This document shows, piece by piece, positions 24,523-38,214 of a stretch of 64,000 bases of DNA (position 1 is its first letter; every line of letters starts with the position of its first letter). Below the pieces are notes generated by a model. The model ran no database searches and was not told the DNA's origin. It was given only the letters and a program-made list of their open reading frames with translations. Position numbers and translations under genes: made by a program. Source of the DNA: Eledone cirrhosa. Taxonomy: Eukaryota. The stretch spans positions 404,426,001-404,490,000 of the forward strand of contig OZ024741.1 in assembly GCA_964016885.1 (NCBI GenBank), written 5' to 3'.

Positions 24523-24527
<5 letters not shown>
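24404..24527. mobile_element. Family H miniature: long terminus (-) joined to short terminus (+)
   Basis: GTAATAATAATAAATTTGAAGACTAAAATCC matches 59567+; GTGAAAG..TTGCTTAAACTTTAATCTGTTATTTTAA matches 8463-8507. Confidence 0.8.
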
Positions 24528-24571
<44 letters not shown>

Positions 24572-24923
24572 TATGTATATATATTTTATATACATAATAT
24601 AATCCAAAGGCAGAGGATAAAACTTACTAATCCTCTGCCTTAACTTCAAATCTCCAGTCAAATGTTTGTCTAGTGTCTTATTCGCTAAGTTCCTTAGACT
24701 TATTCCTAAATTCTTTAGAATATTTTCATCGCTATGTCTACTTATTTATCTTTTATTTCCATTACATAAATTATTGATTCGTTAGCAGGTTTTGTTTCTG
24801 ATTCTAGAATATACGATGTTGTCTTCAGCAAACTTTGGCTGGTAACAGGCTTAAAAGTCATATTTGTCTGTACGACATTAATAAAGCATAGACTTTTCTT
24901 GGAATTTTCAGATACTGAGTTAA

Positions 24924-25142
24924 CCCTTTAGCATTTACATTATTCTATATTTACTATTGTATTTTCACAGTGAAGGCTTTATCTTACATAATTATCTCAC
25001 CTAATATCGAATCTATGAGATTTTTGTTATTCACTTTGAAAACAATACCTTAGTATAGGTATGAGTGGTCAGTTACAGCCAGTTTGAACAGAAAGAGGTG
25101 AGGAAGTTCTGGCCGGATATGGCCGGTTTAAATGATAAAGGG
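24924..25142. mobile_element. piggyBac-like MITE
   Basis: TTAA|CCCTTTAGCATTTA ... TAAATGATAAAGGG|TTAC. Confidence 0.65.
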
Positions 25143-25723
25143 TTACACATGCATTTATAAATCCGGAAATCGACTTTCATTTATATAAACAAACTACACC
25201 AAGGATACGATAGCATTGCTGGGTTCCCGAAAGATCTCTTCCTTTGTGGCCATTTCTTCATCAGGTTTTGGCATCTCATAGTTAATTAATTTGATATTAA
25301 GAGCTTCGGATAGACGAGATATATCGTAGAGTGTTCGCGTGTAAATGTTTTTTTCTTGTACTTATCCCAGCTTATATAGGGTTAATTACTTCTACAGTTT
25401 GTGAATGTAGCAGCAAAGTCTTATCTAACCGGTCCCTCGAGGGATTATTATTTTCTCCAATGTCTGCTCCCAATGTTGCAGGAGTCATCGTAAATCTTAT
25501 GTATATTCCTATGTTGTACATATCTTTCCTGCAGATCATTGGAGATCATCAAATGATATCGATCTTGAAACTGCAGAGAAATAGCCAAATATAAAACCAG
25601 ATATATCACTGGATTTATGAATATAACTACGTCTAATGTCATCAATAATTATGATTTCTCTGTTTGATTCGCCTTCTTAACACTGCTACTGTTTATTTGA
25701 CTGCTTTTAATTATTTCATAAAA

Positions 25724-26094
25724 GATCCCGCTGAGGTTAGCTTTGCCGTTTATCGTCACGGGATCCATAAAATAAAGTACCAGTAATGCACTGGAGTCGA
25801 TTTACTCAACTTTCACTTCCCAACATCTTGTTAACATTGTGCGTAAGTCAGAAACTATTATTAGATTAGAACTAAGGGCGGGAAATTGATAGAATCAGTA
25901 GAGCATCGAACATCAGGTTTGCGGCATATAGTTACGGTCTTTTACGTTCTGAGTTCAAATGCCACCGAGGCTAGCTTTCCCTGTCATCACTATGGTGTCG
26001 ATAAAATAAAGTACTAGTCACGCAGCAGGGTCGATTTATTCGATATTCGCCTCCCCTAAAATTATTGGCCTTGTGCCTAAGTCATAAACTATTA
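25724..26094 (+). mobile_element. Two older tRNA-derived SINE copies
   Basis: Diverged Nin-like bodies. Confidence 0.75.
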
Positions 26095-26601
26095 TTTCAC
26101 AAGTAGCCTGTGGGGTCATCAACACATTCCTCATCTAGAATAGATTGCAAAAGCCAGTGAAATTAACGTTAAATTGTCTCACTGATGAGGTGTAACCAAA
26201 TTGAACTACATACTCAGTCAATTCACCAGATGGACTGATATGTTGATCACTATTTGGTTGCGGTGGTGGATATTTCAGACAAGATCCATCTTAGAAACGC
26301 TATATTGGCGAAAAGAGAGAGGAGAAATGGAAGGATTAGAAAAGCTTACATTTTTTACACGGATTTGAAATCTCAGATATAAACACCGCTCCTAATACAG
26401 GTCAAATAATCATAAATATGTTGCTGATGATGTTTGATCTGAAGACTCTGAAATATATACAGATTTATCCCGGGTTCAATCGGGGATAACCACAGTAAGT
26501 AAGGTACTCAATACAAAGGAGAGTCTAAATATTCCTGATGGTTTCTCCCGAATGAAACAGTTCTAGTCCTGTAGAAGCCTTTTCTATATTATATATATAT
26601 A

Positions 26602-26992
26602 CTTAAGGTAAACATTGATGCAATTCAATTCAAGCACTCACCGTACTTTTTCTACATAGGAATGACGGAGTATATTTAGAATAAGAAAATGCGAAGGAGT
26701 TTCAGATGTTAAAGCCCTTTAATGATAATGTTGTGATACATATTTCAATGACGACACTGGTCACACGATTCGGTGTACCCAGTGCCATGACATCATCGGA
26801 CAGCTTCTTATATAATATGGTCATGTTCCCGATGCAATCCAAATTGAATCGATCTTATTATATAAGAAGCTGTCTGATGATGTCACGGCACTGGGTACAC
26901 CGAAGCGTGTGACCAGTGTCGTCATTGAAATATGTATCACAACATTATCATTAAAGGACTTTAACATCTGAAACTCCTTCGAATTTTCTTAT
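26602..26992. mobile_element. Family F fold-back element in TA-rich flanks
   Basis: Inverted arms 26681-26817 and 26857-26992; the left arm extends ~80 nt further. Confidence 0.9.
26869..26943 (+). ncRNA. Type-I hammerhead ribozyme (family F)
   Basis: GCTGT-CTGATGA-[ACGGCACTGG...CCAGTGTCGT stem II]-GAAA-TATGTA-TC-ACAAC; mirror copy at ~26728-26803. Confidence 0.8.
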
Positions 26993-27016
26993 AATATATA
27001 AATATATATATATATA

Positions 27017-27257
27017 CAGATAAATCTACCACTCAATGGTAGGGTCTAAACCGTATAAAGAACTCATTGTAATCGGTATGTAGAAGATGTCGTGAAGCAA
27101 AGTTTAAAATACAAACATTTTTATCAACGATATAATTCAATTGGATACAGAATCAAAATAGAAATATTAAAACAATGAAATTAAACACAAACTGTTAATT
27201 CATAGTAAAACACATGTGTTTTACTATGAATTAACAGTTTTGTGTTTAATTTCATTG

Positions 27258-27263
<6 letters not shown>
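27017..27263. mobile_element. Fold-back element related to the family D terminus
   Basis: Near-perfect palindrome ~27161-27265 centred on ACACATGTGT; left tail AGATAAATCTACC..GGTAG..GAACTC resembles 45721-45780. Confidence 0.75.
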
Positions 27264-27303
<40 letters not shown>

Positions 27304-27307
<4 letters not shown>

Positions 27308-27702
27308 GGAGGTGAGTTTTATTGTAGTACAATAAAGCAATGCAGATATTGGATAAGTAGCACTCTACAGTTTGTAGGACTGGAGTATAAATAATAATAT
27401 ATAAGATCAAAAGATGGTTAAAAGAGTTCCATGTATTTTATTATGCGCATTTCAAAAACAAATATCATCATGCAATAACATTTGCATTTTCATCAGATAA
27501 AATAGGGAGACATGATATGAAGGTTAAAACACACTTGTGAATTGTTGATTTAAAACTGCACTATTCACAAGTGTGTTTTAACCTTCATATCATGTCTCCC
27601 TATTTTATCTGATGAAAACGCAAATGTTATTGCATGATGATATTTGTTTCTGAAATGCGCATAATAAAATACATGGAACTCTTTTAACCATCTTTTGATC
27701 TT
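27304..27702. mobile_element. Family C fold-back (long left arm, short right arm) with two HHRs
   Basis: Same termini as 14533 and 20138; HHRs at ~27436-27502 (-) and ~27603-27669 (+). Confidence 0.9.
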
Positions 27703-27721
27703 ATATATATATATATATATT

Positions 27722-27953
27722 ACCACCGTTTCCAGGGGTCGGGGTATTTTCAATCCTATTTTATTATTTGTTTGACCCGAATAGCTTGGTCGTTTCTATG
27801 GCTTTGCGGTTAATGGTTTAACCATCGTCTCAGTGTGTTTGGCCTTTTAACGTACGTTGTTGCTCAAGTTCACTAGTTTCAATGGAGCGCTTGCCACACA
27901 TCTCGGAAGTTGTTTTTCGCTAATTTCCAATAGCCGAAATGCGATTCTCGCTA

Positions 27954-27957
<4 letters not shown>
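27722..27957 (+). mobile_element. Family I copy
   Basis: Ends CCGAAATGCGATTCTCGCTAATTT followed by (AT)n. Confidence 0.7.
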
Positions 27958-28015
<58 letters not shown>

Positions 28016-28021
<6 letters not shown>

Positions 28022-28197
28022 GTATGACCCCGACGGCAGAGCTCAAACCGTTTCGACGGCTATTTCTGGACTAGTCATTTTCCTATTACCGATTACATAT
28101 TACCCATACATTTTCCTATTACCCACTCTACTACCCTAAGTATTGAGTACTCTGGTGTGTTATGGTCCATCTGGTTCCTTACCACAACTCCTTCGTT
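28016..28197. mobile_element. Family B inverted insertion
   Basis: Short minus arm GACCCCGACGGCAGAGCTC..., long plus arm ending CCTTCGTT followed by (AT)n. Confidence 0.8.
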
Positions 28198-28658
28198 ATA
28201 TATATATACACAGGACACAATAATCATGCACACATACATATACACAGTATATATTTGTTTATACAAGTCAAACAGACAGAGAGACATGTATAAATGTCTG
28301 AAATGTATCGTTCTACATCTTTGATCCGGCATGTTTCGCCGGTGAACGCAACATGAATACATCAGAGACTAATTTCTAAGCTACCGAATAAATATGAAGG
28401 TTGCTGAGTCAGTAGTTAACTATATAGTATAGAGGTGACCATCAAGTGCTGCGTTGCAGCATCACTTACGATAAAAGCTCCTTGACCAAATTATTTCTCC
28501 TTGATTGAAATAATACGGTAACTACAGTAGAATATATAGTTATTGATTTCTATGGTAGTGTCTGAGAATGAATTGGATATGATGTGTAGTCTGATGAGCT
28601 TCCTTTCAGCTTTGATTATTGTTGGAACATCATGTATACAGACATATATACAGACAGC

Positions 28659-28753
<95 letters not shown>

Positions 28754-28806
28754 GTAATAATAATAAATGCATATAATACATACACACACATACATATATA
28801 TAAATA

Positions 28807-28873
<67 letters not shown>

Positions 28874-28995
28874 ATGTATATATATGTATATATATATAAT
28901 ATATATATATTTATGTATCTATATATATTACACACATACACACATATATATTACACATACATACATATATTATATATATATATATATATACATAC

Positions 28996-29145
<150 letters not shown>

Positions 29146-29501
29146 AAATAGTGTGACTATATTTTTTACTCAATAACCGTTACGAATTAGAAGCTAACAT
29201 TGCAGACGTAGCGACTGATGTTTAGAAACAAAAGCTGTCTGGGAGTTCAATGAATAGGAGAGAAAAGAGAAAAGAAAACTAGATATTGATGGCATTGTTT
29301 GCTTATAATAAAATACTGTGTAGTTTATACATATACACCTACACCTATATGCCCACACACATAAACACACACACACACACACATATATACAATTATATAT
29401 TTATATATGAGCATGTATATGTATATATGCATATTTATATATATATATATACATATATATATGCATATATTTGCATATATATATATGTATATGTATGTGA
29501 A

Positions 29502-29716
29502 GGCGTGTGGCTGAGTAGTTAGAGAATTGGATTCACAATCTTGAGGTTGTGAGTTTGATTCCTGGACCGGGCGATGCGTTATGTCCTTGAACAAGACACT
29601 TTATTTCACGTTGCTCCTTCTACCTGGAGTTGCGACCGATAGATAGTATTAGCAACTGGAAAGACCGACGGAAACATTGTTTACTCGGTCCGATTTGACG
29701 AAAGTCGATCGATCCT
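29502..29716 (+). mobile_element. tRNA-derived SINE (Meta/V-like)
   Basis: GGCGTGTGGCTGAGTAGTTAG...GAGTTTGATTCC...GTCCTTGAACAAGACACTT. Confidence 0.85.
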
Positions 29717-29719
29717 TTT

Positions 29720-29785
<66 letters not shown>

Positions 29786-30001
29786 GTAAGTATGTATATA
29801 TATATATATCTATATATATATATACATACATATATATGCAAATATAGGCATATATATATGAATATATATATATTTATACATATACCCATGTATATATATA
29901 TGTATGTAAAAATATAAATATATATATATATGGATACCTATGTATATATATATATATACAAACATATATATATATGTGGCTGTGTGTCTGTGTATATATA
30001 T

Positions 30002-30059
<58 letters not shown>

Positions 30060-30060
<1 letters not shown>

Positions 30061-30110
30061 GGAACAAGTAAGACCCCCGACGGCTGAGCTCAAGCCGTTT
30101 CGACGGCTAA
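30060..30110 (-). mobile_element. Family B single short arm between (TA)n runs
   Basis: GGAACAAGTAAGACCCCCGACGGCTGAGCTCAAGCCGTTTCGACGGCTAA. Confidence 0.85.
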
Positions 30111-30184
30111 TATATATATATATATATACACACATAAGTGTATGTAGATATAATTATATATGTATGTGTATATATATATATATG

Positions 30185-30224
<40 letters not shown>

Positions 30225-30479
30225 TATACGTATGTAAACGAAAGCAGTAAAATCTCCAATACCTATAATCATAGTCCAGTAATCACTAACCACAATCAAT
30301 TACAATGCTTTATTTTGAATGCAGCCTGTGTAATGAGTAGTTGGAAATTTCAAAATCGATTGGAAGGCAATAAAGCGTTGATTGAAACTTCCCCTGGTAT
30401 TTACTCCCAGTGAACACAACCCCACAGCCGTCTTTCTACGACGTTATTCGATCTGTTAAAATTAACACCAATATCCTAA

Positions 30480-30774
30480 AGAAGGCAGCCGATACCTGGT
30501 GCAGTCTGCGACTAACCCAGGTTCTGCTGCACGTAGGGCTGAGGAGGCCAAACTCTGCGACAGGTTTTCGGTTGTACTCTTGGGAGTGGAGACTTCTGGT
30601 GTCCTCGACCATAGGGCTACCTCCCTACTCACCACCATAGGTGCTGAGCTGGCCAGCCGCAGGTGTGAGCCTCGCAAGCTGGAATGGCTTTTCCAGCGCG
30701 TCTCCTTTGCCGTCCTCCGGGGAAACGCCTCCTCCATTCAGTCCGCCGGGGCTGTGGGGAGGCCACCAATATGA
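30480..30774 (+). mobile_element. CRE-clade retrotransposon 3' fragment (restriction-like endonuclease C-terminus)
   Basis: GSAARRAEEAK...GVETSG...WLFQRVSFAVLRGNASSI. Confidence 0.8.
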
Positions 30775-31539
30775 TTGACTGACTTATCATTTTATTAGTC
30801 AGATGTTCTAATGATTCTCTCTCTATATATATACGTTCATATATATATATTTGTTATATAGAACATTGGAGAGTGTAGAATTAGAGATCCGATGTCTGAA
30901 TGAAAGGCGGATGGGTTGTTAACATTGCAATATATTTGATCCCTGGTCTGATCCTTGTTAGTTGAGCTGAGGTTAAACAACAGCAACCAACAGAAATGGA
31001 TATCTGATCATTTTTGATCATTTTAGATCAATGCTAACGAGAGAAATCCTTAGATTTACCTGGCTGATCCCCTAAATACGGTCAGTATTGGGCTCGCTTT
31101 TAGGGCCTGGCACCTCATCCCGTCGTATATTCGGTCCTGCTTGCTAGCCAGATGAAATGCCCGCTATAGAAAATATTTGAAAACAGACGTTGCTTTGTCT
31201 CAACACTATTTTACTTCTGGTTTTAGCTGAGGTTAGATGTGGTTTGGAGAATTTCTCTCGACCTCCTTGAACAAGGGAGGCTGAGTACGTGGATTACTTT
31301 CCTTCATGGTGTCGAATAACTTAGATAATAGTGTGGGTCAAAACTAACAAAGCACGCATTAGTCAATGGGTTTGAAATATATCCTCTGAAATATATCCTT
31401 TATTTCATCGTTTCAAACTTCTCTGCTAATCAACACGACTTTCAATCGATGGAGTGAGCGAGGTTTCAGGTAAGTGGCTTTAGGTCGTTCTATAGACATT
31501 TAATTGTGAGAAAATTGACGAAAATTACCGGGAAAAATT

Positions 31540-32150
31540 AGGATGTTCCCGAAAATCAACTGGCTATTCTGGCCTGGTGGACTCTCAGTCCAGGACCTAT
31601 GGATATTTTCAGAAAACTATGGCATTAACATCTTCCGTGGGATATTGGCATTACGGAATAAATTCTACAGACACAGAAGTGCCGTCAGCTGGGCCTGTTC
31701 GGTTTGCGTGCAAGGCGGCCCATGCCCATCCGTCCAAAATTTAGCCGTTCTGTTAGCTACCATTGCTAACTTGTGGAGATATATCGAACAGCAGCTATCC
31801 GCTGATTTCATTGTCAATGTCCCTTCACCGTCTTTAGCTAGGAAATGCAAGCGGTATATATATGTTTGGCGGTAATTGCGAAAGAGGCTATGGTGTGCAG
31901 GGGATTGAATGGAAACGTTTCTGTCTGACCAAGCCCTCTACGAATTCCTCTAGTGTCCCTTGAAAAGTAAATTGAAGATAGAAAGAGAAGTGCTGACTTC
32001 AGAACATATTGAAGAAAGACGGATGTGGGTGGCGAGTACTGTCAGAGTGAATGAATCTTCCCAGTGCATACAACTGTAGATTGAGGGGAGACAACTCGAC
32101 GAGGGCCTTGCATTAGTGCAGAAGATAACTGTCTTTTGTGTGTGTTTGTC
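31540..32150 (+). mobile_element. Old degenerate Tx1-like LINE 3' fragment
   Basis: FRGILALRNKFYRH..CSVC..ANLWRYIEQQLS parallels YRGALPVRDKLYRH..CPRC..DLWGYVERLLS in 42561-44501. Confidence 0.7.
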
Positions 32151-32567
32151 ACACGAGATCTCAGACGTCTCGAGGCTATTGGAGAATTATATTGTTACCA
32201 ATTTTATTTCTGTTGTCTCCCCTTTTTACTGAAAGGTTCATCGGCTGACTATGAAGCAGTGATGCTAGAGCTGTGAAATATTGCATGCATTAATTTCAAC
32301 TCTTCTTATTAACAATTTCATTGTTTCTTTCCAGTCTATGTTGAAAAATAAACAACATTTGGTCATTCCATGAGAGTATCTTGGTCAGCCTATGAAGTAG
32401 TGACGCTAGGGCTGTGAAATCTTGAATGTATTAATTTCAACTCTTATTAACAACTGCAATTGTAAATTATTGTGCTTTAAAAGAGACATTATGATTAGTG
32501 TTGTTGTTATTACTATTACTATTTTTATTATTATATAAATTTATTTATTTATTTTTATTATTATATA

Positions 32568-32974
32568 GAACGCAAGATTAGCAGTAACAGTAGAGCGTCG
32601 GACACCATGCCTTACAGTATAGAGTTATGGCCCTTTACGGTATGGGTTCATATCCTGCCGAGGTTAGCTTTGCCTTTCATCCTTATGAGGTCGATAAAAT
32701 AAAGTACCACTGGGATCGATTTAATCGATTTTCTCCTCCCCAAAAATTGCTGGCCTTGTTCCTATAGTAGAAATCCTTATTATTCTTATCATGTTATAAG
32801 AATAATAATGATTTAAACTTCTTTGCAGCATAGAGTTAGGGCCCTTTACGGTTTAAGTTCATATCTCGCCGAGGTTAACTTTACCTTTCATCTTTACGGG
32901 GTCAATAAAATAAAGTACCAGTAATGCACTGGGATAATTGCTAGCCTTGTGCCAAAAGTGGAAACAATTATTAT
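32568..32974 (+). mobile_element. Two tRNA-derived SINE copies
   Basis: Nin-like bodies. Confidence 0.8.
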
Positions 32975-34660
32975 TCTTATTTTGGTGTTGTCGTCGTTGT
33001 TGTTGTTGTTGTTGGTGTTGGTGTTGTTGTTGTTGTTTTTGTTTATAGCGATGCCTTTTGTCATGTTTCTGTCGACTGTCTCTGTCTATGACATAGCTTT
33101 AATCTTGCTAAAACACTATCAAAGGTGTGTATCCTTCCTCTTTAGGCACCAGATATACCCCCATAAACTTACATCTGGAGGTTTTCTATCGATTCCTATA
33201 TACACAATGTTTCTTCTTATTTTTTCTTTGTACGAAACATAAAAAGCCAGCCGCCTGATCGATAAGTCTGCATTTACAGAAAACACACTTTGCTGCGTTC
33301 TTTCTATTTCTTAAATATGTAGTTCTCCTCTTCTGCTCATCCTAATCTGTCAGTTCACCACCCACACATAACTACTGAATACACCAGCTAACGAGCAATT
33401 TTTATACGCAGTCATTCAGGTTACTAGAAATAGCAGTAATATATTCCTTAAATCACAACCTTAAAATATAGAAAGCAACACTTAGGAAAATGTAGTCTTA
33501 CATATTCTTAGATAGTTGATATAGGAATGTCTAGAATGAGTTTGATGATAAGCCTTCAGACTTCACCCAGAGTTAAATAAGACAAACACTAACTGGTTAA
33601 CCCATTTTTCAATTTAATGTCATTGTTTTATTCCATTAAATCATATAACAAATCATGGACGTGTGGTGAGTAACTTCCCAACCCTCCTAGTATACTCCCA
33701 TTGGTCAATTGTAATATAGTTTAGTGAGTAACTTCCCAACTCTGCTAGTCCTAGTATGTACCCATTCATAAATTTGTAGAAAAGGGATTTGAGATAAGAT
33801 GGCCAAATGGTTTAACAAGTTTGCTTCACAATCATTGCGTCCCAAGTTCAATTTCACCGTGTGCTATCTTGGGCAAGTGTTATTTACCGTACCTTTAGGT
33901 GAACCCATGTCTTGTCAGTGAAACTGGGTGGATGGGAACTGTTTGGAAGCCTGTTAGATGGACTGTACCGTATACTAATAGATGATAGCTTTTCTTATAT
34001 AATTATACTTCACAAAATACTTCAGCAATGCTGGTATAGTCTCTACCCCCGTCTCTCTTGCTCTCCTCTCTCTGTCTTCCAGTATATCTTCGGATTGACC
34101 TAAGATATGTTCATTTGTATAGACCGGAAGAGTACAGAAACTGGTAGGATGCCTAAAATATGTTCTTGAATGGCAGAATTGATTCATTTTTCAGACTATA
34201 CGTATTTAGATAGGGAGGTTATTTGCCTGTAAATTAACCATGAGTCGTGATTCTCCTGTTTTTTTTTCTACGCCAAACCAACCATAGAGGCTTTCCTAAA
34301 GCCCATATTCAAAAAAAAAGAAAAAATATATATATATATAGTATAGGGAAAAAAATAAGTAGATATGGATTGTTGCGCCGGCATAAGAAATATAAAAGTC
34401 ATGAAACTCTAAATGGTTTACCAGACTGTGAGCTAAGGTATCTAGAGTTCATAATCAGTCTTGTATCAAATTCTTAACTAATACATATATAGCATGTATA
34501 TATATCACTTCTGATAATGATGGTCTTACTGTTAGTCGAAGATTCTTTGTTTTCAGTTATTTAGTTAGTGTTCACCTTCAAAGAAGCTAAGATCATTCTG
34601 GAGCACTGCCACAGCGAGGAATAATTTATGCGTTTGTATCGTCATTATATACGATCAAAA

Positions 34661-34844
34661 GGGCGGTGAATTGGCAGTATCGGTAGAGGGTGGGACGCCC
34701 TGCTTTGACGCATAGAATTACGGCCCTTAGAGTTCAAATCCCGCCGAGGTCAACTTTGCCTTTCATCCTTACGGGGTCGATAAAATAAAGTACCAATAAT
34801 GTACTGGGTATTTGCTGGCCTTGTCCCAAAAGTAGAAACAATTA
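34661..34844 (+). mobile_element. tRNA-derived SINE (Nin/Deu-like)
   Basis: Matches the family consensus. Confidence 0.9.
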
Positions 34845-35144
34845 TATACGATCAAATAATGAATACATTTTTCTTTTGGTGTTCATGCTATTTCTAAGTG
34901 TTGAATCAAAAAATTGGTGTGGACTCTGGAATACACGAGCAACATTTAAAAGTTTCAGGGAAAATTTTGTTCTGGGAGCAATTGTACAACATCGGGTTTT
35001 TACACTAGAAATTGCGTTCCTATATGAGAGTTTGAGAAGGGAAGTATTTGGATCTGACACTACCATTCCTTATCTGGTTTCTTTCTTGTATGACGAGAAA
35101 CCTATATATTTATTTAATGTAGAAAATGATGTTTAAGAAGGCTA

Positions 35145-35542
35145 AGATAATTGTTTCTACTTTTGGCACAAGGCCAGCAATAATTCCAGTGTATTACTGG
35201 TACTTTATGTTATCGACCCCGTAAGGATGAAAGACAAAGTTAACCTCGGCAGATTTGAACTCAGACCATAAAAGGCCATAACTCTTTGCTGCAAAGCATG
35301 GCGTCAGACCCTCTACTGATACTGCCACACCACCACTAGATAAGAAGGCTAAGATAATTGTTTCCACTTTTGGCACAAGGCCAGCACATACCCAGTGTAT
35401 TACTGGTACTTTATTTTATCGACCATGTAAGGATGAAAGGCAAAGTTAACCTCGGCAGGATTCGAACACAGAATGGCAACGGCCGTAACTCTGTGCGTGA
35501 AAGCATGGCGTCCAACCCTCTACCGATACTACAAATCCACCG
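35145..35542 (-). mobile_element. Two tandem tRNA-derived SINEs
   Basis: Each is preceded by AAGAAGGCTAAGATAATTG on the plus strand. Confidence 0.88.
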
Positions 35543-35674
35543 CACATTGAACGCTAAGATAATGCGGAATAAAAGACGTACCTTTTATGTAACATATAAT
35601 TCACGTCAGCTTTTAAGAGAGTAGAGATGTAATGGGTGGAAATGTTCGGAGTTGTTAAAGTTTTTAAATTTGAC

Positions 35675-37252
35675 TTAGGGTTAGAGCGTCGGTCTTACAA
35701 TTAAGAGGTTGGGAGTTCGATTCTCGGACCGGGTAATGAGCTATGTCGTTAAGCAAGACACTTTATTTCACGTTGCTGCAGTTTACTCAGCTGTAGACAT
35801 GAATTGTAATGTCAATGGTGCCAAGCTATATCGGCCATTGCCTTTCCCTTGGAGAACATAATATATAGTGTATATTTAGAGTATATAGTGTATAGAGTGT
35901 ATATATAGAGTATAGAGTGTATATTTAGAGTATATAGTGTATCGAGTGTATATATAGAGTATAGACTGTATATATAGAGTATATATAGAATGTATATAGT
36001 GTATATAGAGAGAATATATAGTGTATAGAGTGTATATATAGAGTATAGAGTGTATATATAGTGTATATATAGAGTATAGAGTGTATATATAGTGTATATA
36101 TAGAGTATAGAGTGTATATATAGAGTATAGAGTGTATATTTAGAGTATATAGTGTATATATAGTGTATGTTTAGAGTATAGAGTGTATATATAGTGTATA
36201 TATAGAGTGTATATAGTGTATATATAGAGAATATATAGTGTATAGAGTGTATATATAGAGTATAGAGTGTATATATATAGTGTATATATATAGAGTATAG
36301 AGTGTATATATAGTGTATATATATAGAGTATAGAGTGTATATATAGAGTATAGAGTGTATATATAGTGTATATATATAGAGTATAGAGTGTATATATAGT
36401 GTATATATATAGAGTATAGAGTGTATATATAGTGTATATATATAGAGTATAGAGTGTATATTTAGAGTATAGAGTGTATATATAGTGTATATATAGAGTA
36501 TAGAGTGTATATATAGTGTATATATAGAGTGTATATAGTGTATATATAGAGAATATATAGTGTATAGAGTGTATATATAGAGTATATAGTGTATATATAG
36601 AGAATATATAGTGTATAGAGTGTATATATAGAGTATAGAGTGTATATATAGTGTATATATATAGAGTATAGAGTGTATATATAGTGTATAGAGTGTATAT
36701 ATAGAGTATAGAGTGTATATATAGTGTATATATAGAGTATAGAGTGTATATAGAGAGTATAGAGTGTATATATAGTGTATATATAGAGTATAGAGTGTAT
36801 ATATAGAGTATAGAGTGTATATATAGTGTATATATAGAGTGTATATAGTGTATATATAGAGACTATATAGTGTATAGAGTGTATATATAGAGTATATAGT
36901 GTATATATAGTGTATATATAGAGTATAGAGTGTATATATAGAGTATAGAGTGTATATATACAGTGTATATATAGTGTATATATAGTGTGTATAGAGAGTA
37001 TAGAGTGTATATATATAGTGTATATATAGTGTATATATAGTGTATATATAGTATATATTGTGATGTCACAGGTGCCAAGCTGTATCTGCCTTTGTCTTTC
37101 CGAAGGATAACATCGATGGCGTGTAGAAGAGAGGTTGGTATACATGGGGGACTGCTGGTCTTCCACAAACAACCTTGTCCGGACTTGTACCTCAGAGGGT
37201 AACATTCTAGGTTCAAATCACTCGGTCATCCGTGACCGAACTGGTTTTACCT
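35675..37252 (+). mobile_element. Meta/V-like SINE sequence interrupted by a 1.2-kb satellite
   Basis: Head at 35675-35858, tail at 37057-37252. Confidence 0.65.
35859..37056. repeat. Complex satellite built from TATAGAG/TATAGTG/(TA)n units
   Basis: Directly visible repeat. Confidence 0.95.
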
Positions 37253-37552
37253 TTAACTTTTTGCAATCTCAAATTGTTAGTTAACGGCCTGGCTGCTACT
37301 AGAGCAAACACTTACGTAATAGCACCAGAATGAGATAATTGAATATTTCCTAGTAAATACAGACACCAGTCTTCACTAAAACGTTGACACCAACTACTGG
37401 GCTCCCGTGGGGTTATTGTGTGTGACAGCTCACACCTATGTGTGTGTGTGTGACAGCCCACACCTATGTGTGTGTGTGACAGCTCCAAGGTATATCTCGT
37501 TGGAAGTGTCTTGGGTAATTTAATGATAGGGACTCCAGTCCTATCATCTCAT

Positions 37553-37689
37553 ATCTACAGCTGAGTAAACTGAGGCAACGTGAAATAAAGTGTCTTGCTC
37601 AAGGAAACAACACATCACCCGGTCCGAGAATTGAACTCACAACCTTTCGATTGCAAGCCCAATACTCTAACGACTAAGCCATGCGTCTT
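37553..37689 (-). mobile_element. tRNA-derived SINE (Meta/V-like)
   Basis: CAACGTGAAATAAAGTGTCTTGCTCAAGG...GAATTGAACTC. Confidence 0.8.
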
Positions 37690-37747
37690 CACGAGGTTAT
37701 TGAGTGTCTGTAATTATGTTTAAAGAAACAAGCCTCTTCACAAGTAG

Positions 37748-37935
37748 TGGTGCTGGTGATGATGGTGGTGATGGTGGTGGTGATGGTGGTGGTGGTGGTG
37801 GTGGTGATGATGATGGTGATGATGGTGAGGGTGATGATGGCGGTGATGGTGGTGGTGATGATGATGATGATGGTGATGATGGTTGTGGTGGTGATGATGA
37901 TGATGGTGAACCTGATGATGGTAACGACAATGGTA
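37748..37935. repeat. (GAT/GGT)n low-complexity tract (others at 38705-38905 and 39575-39890)
   Basis: Directly visible. Confidence 0.9.
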
Positions 37936-38214
37936 GGTAGGTGTTCCTGCTCATGGAATGTCTGTTATTGATAAACTATTGTCTAATGAAAGAAACATGT
38001 TCGATTTGAAATAGATGACAGTGTATGCCAGGATCGATAGACAGTTTACAGCACACAGCTGGGGCTAAACATACTACTAGAGATACCGTCTGGGGTAGAT
38101 TGTACTGGGTACACTTAGAGAGGAGGGGGGAGGAGAAGGAGGAGGAAGACTACCGTTTTGTTTCCTAAGTCTGTCATCAGTTATTATTTAATGACATTGT
38201 AGAAGTTATTATTT

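Noticed and set aside
25225-25270. CTGATGA on the minus strand
   Set aside because: No properly placed GAAA or closing stems.
25448-25571. Possible minus-strand terminal exon (FQDRYHLM...HWRK*)
   Set aside because: Only an acceptor-like site; no partner exon or recognisable homology.
36462-37205. 247-aa minus-strand ORF
   Set aside because: Translation of the TATAGAG satellite.
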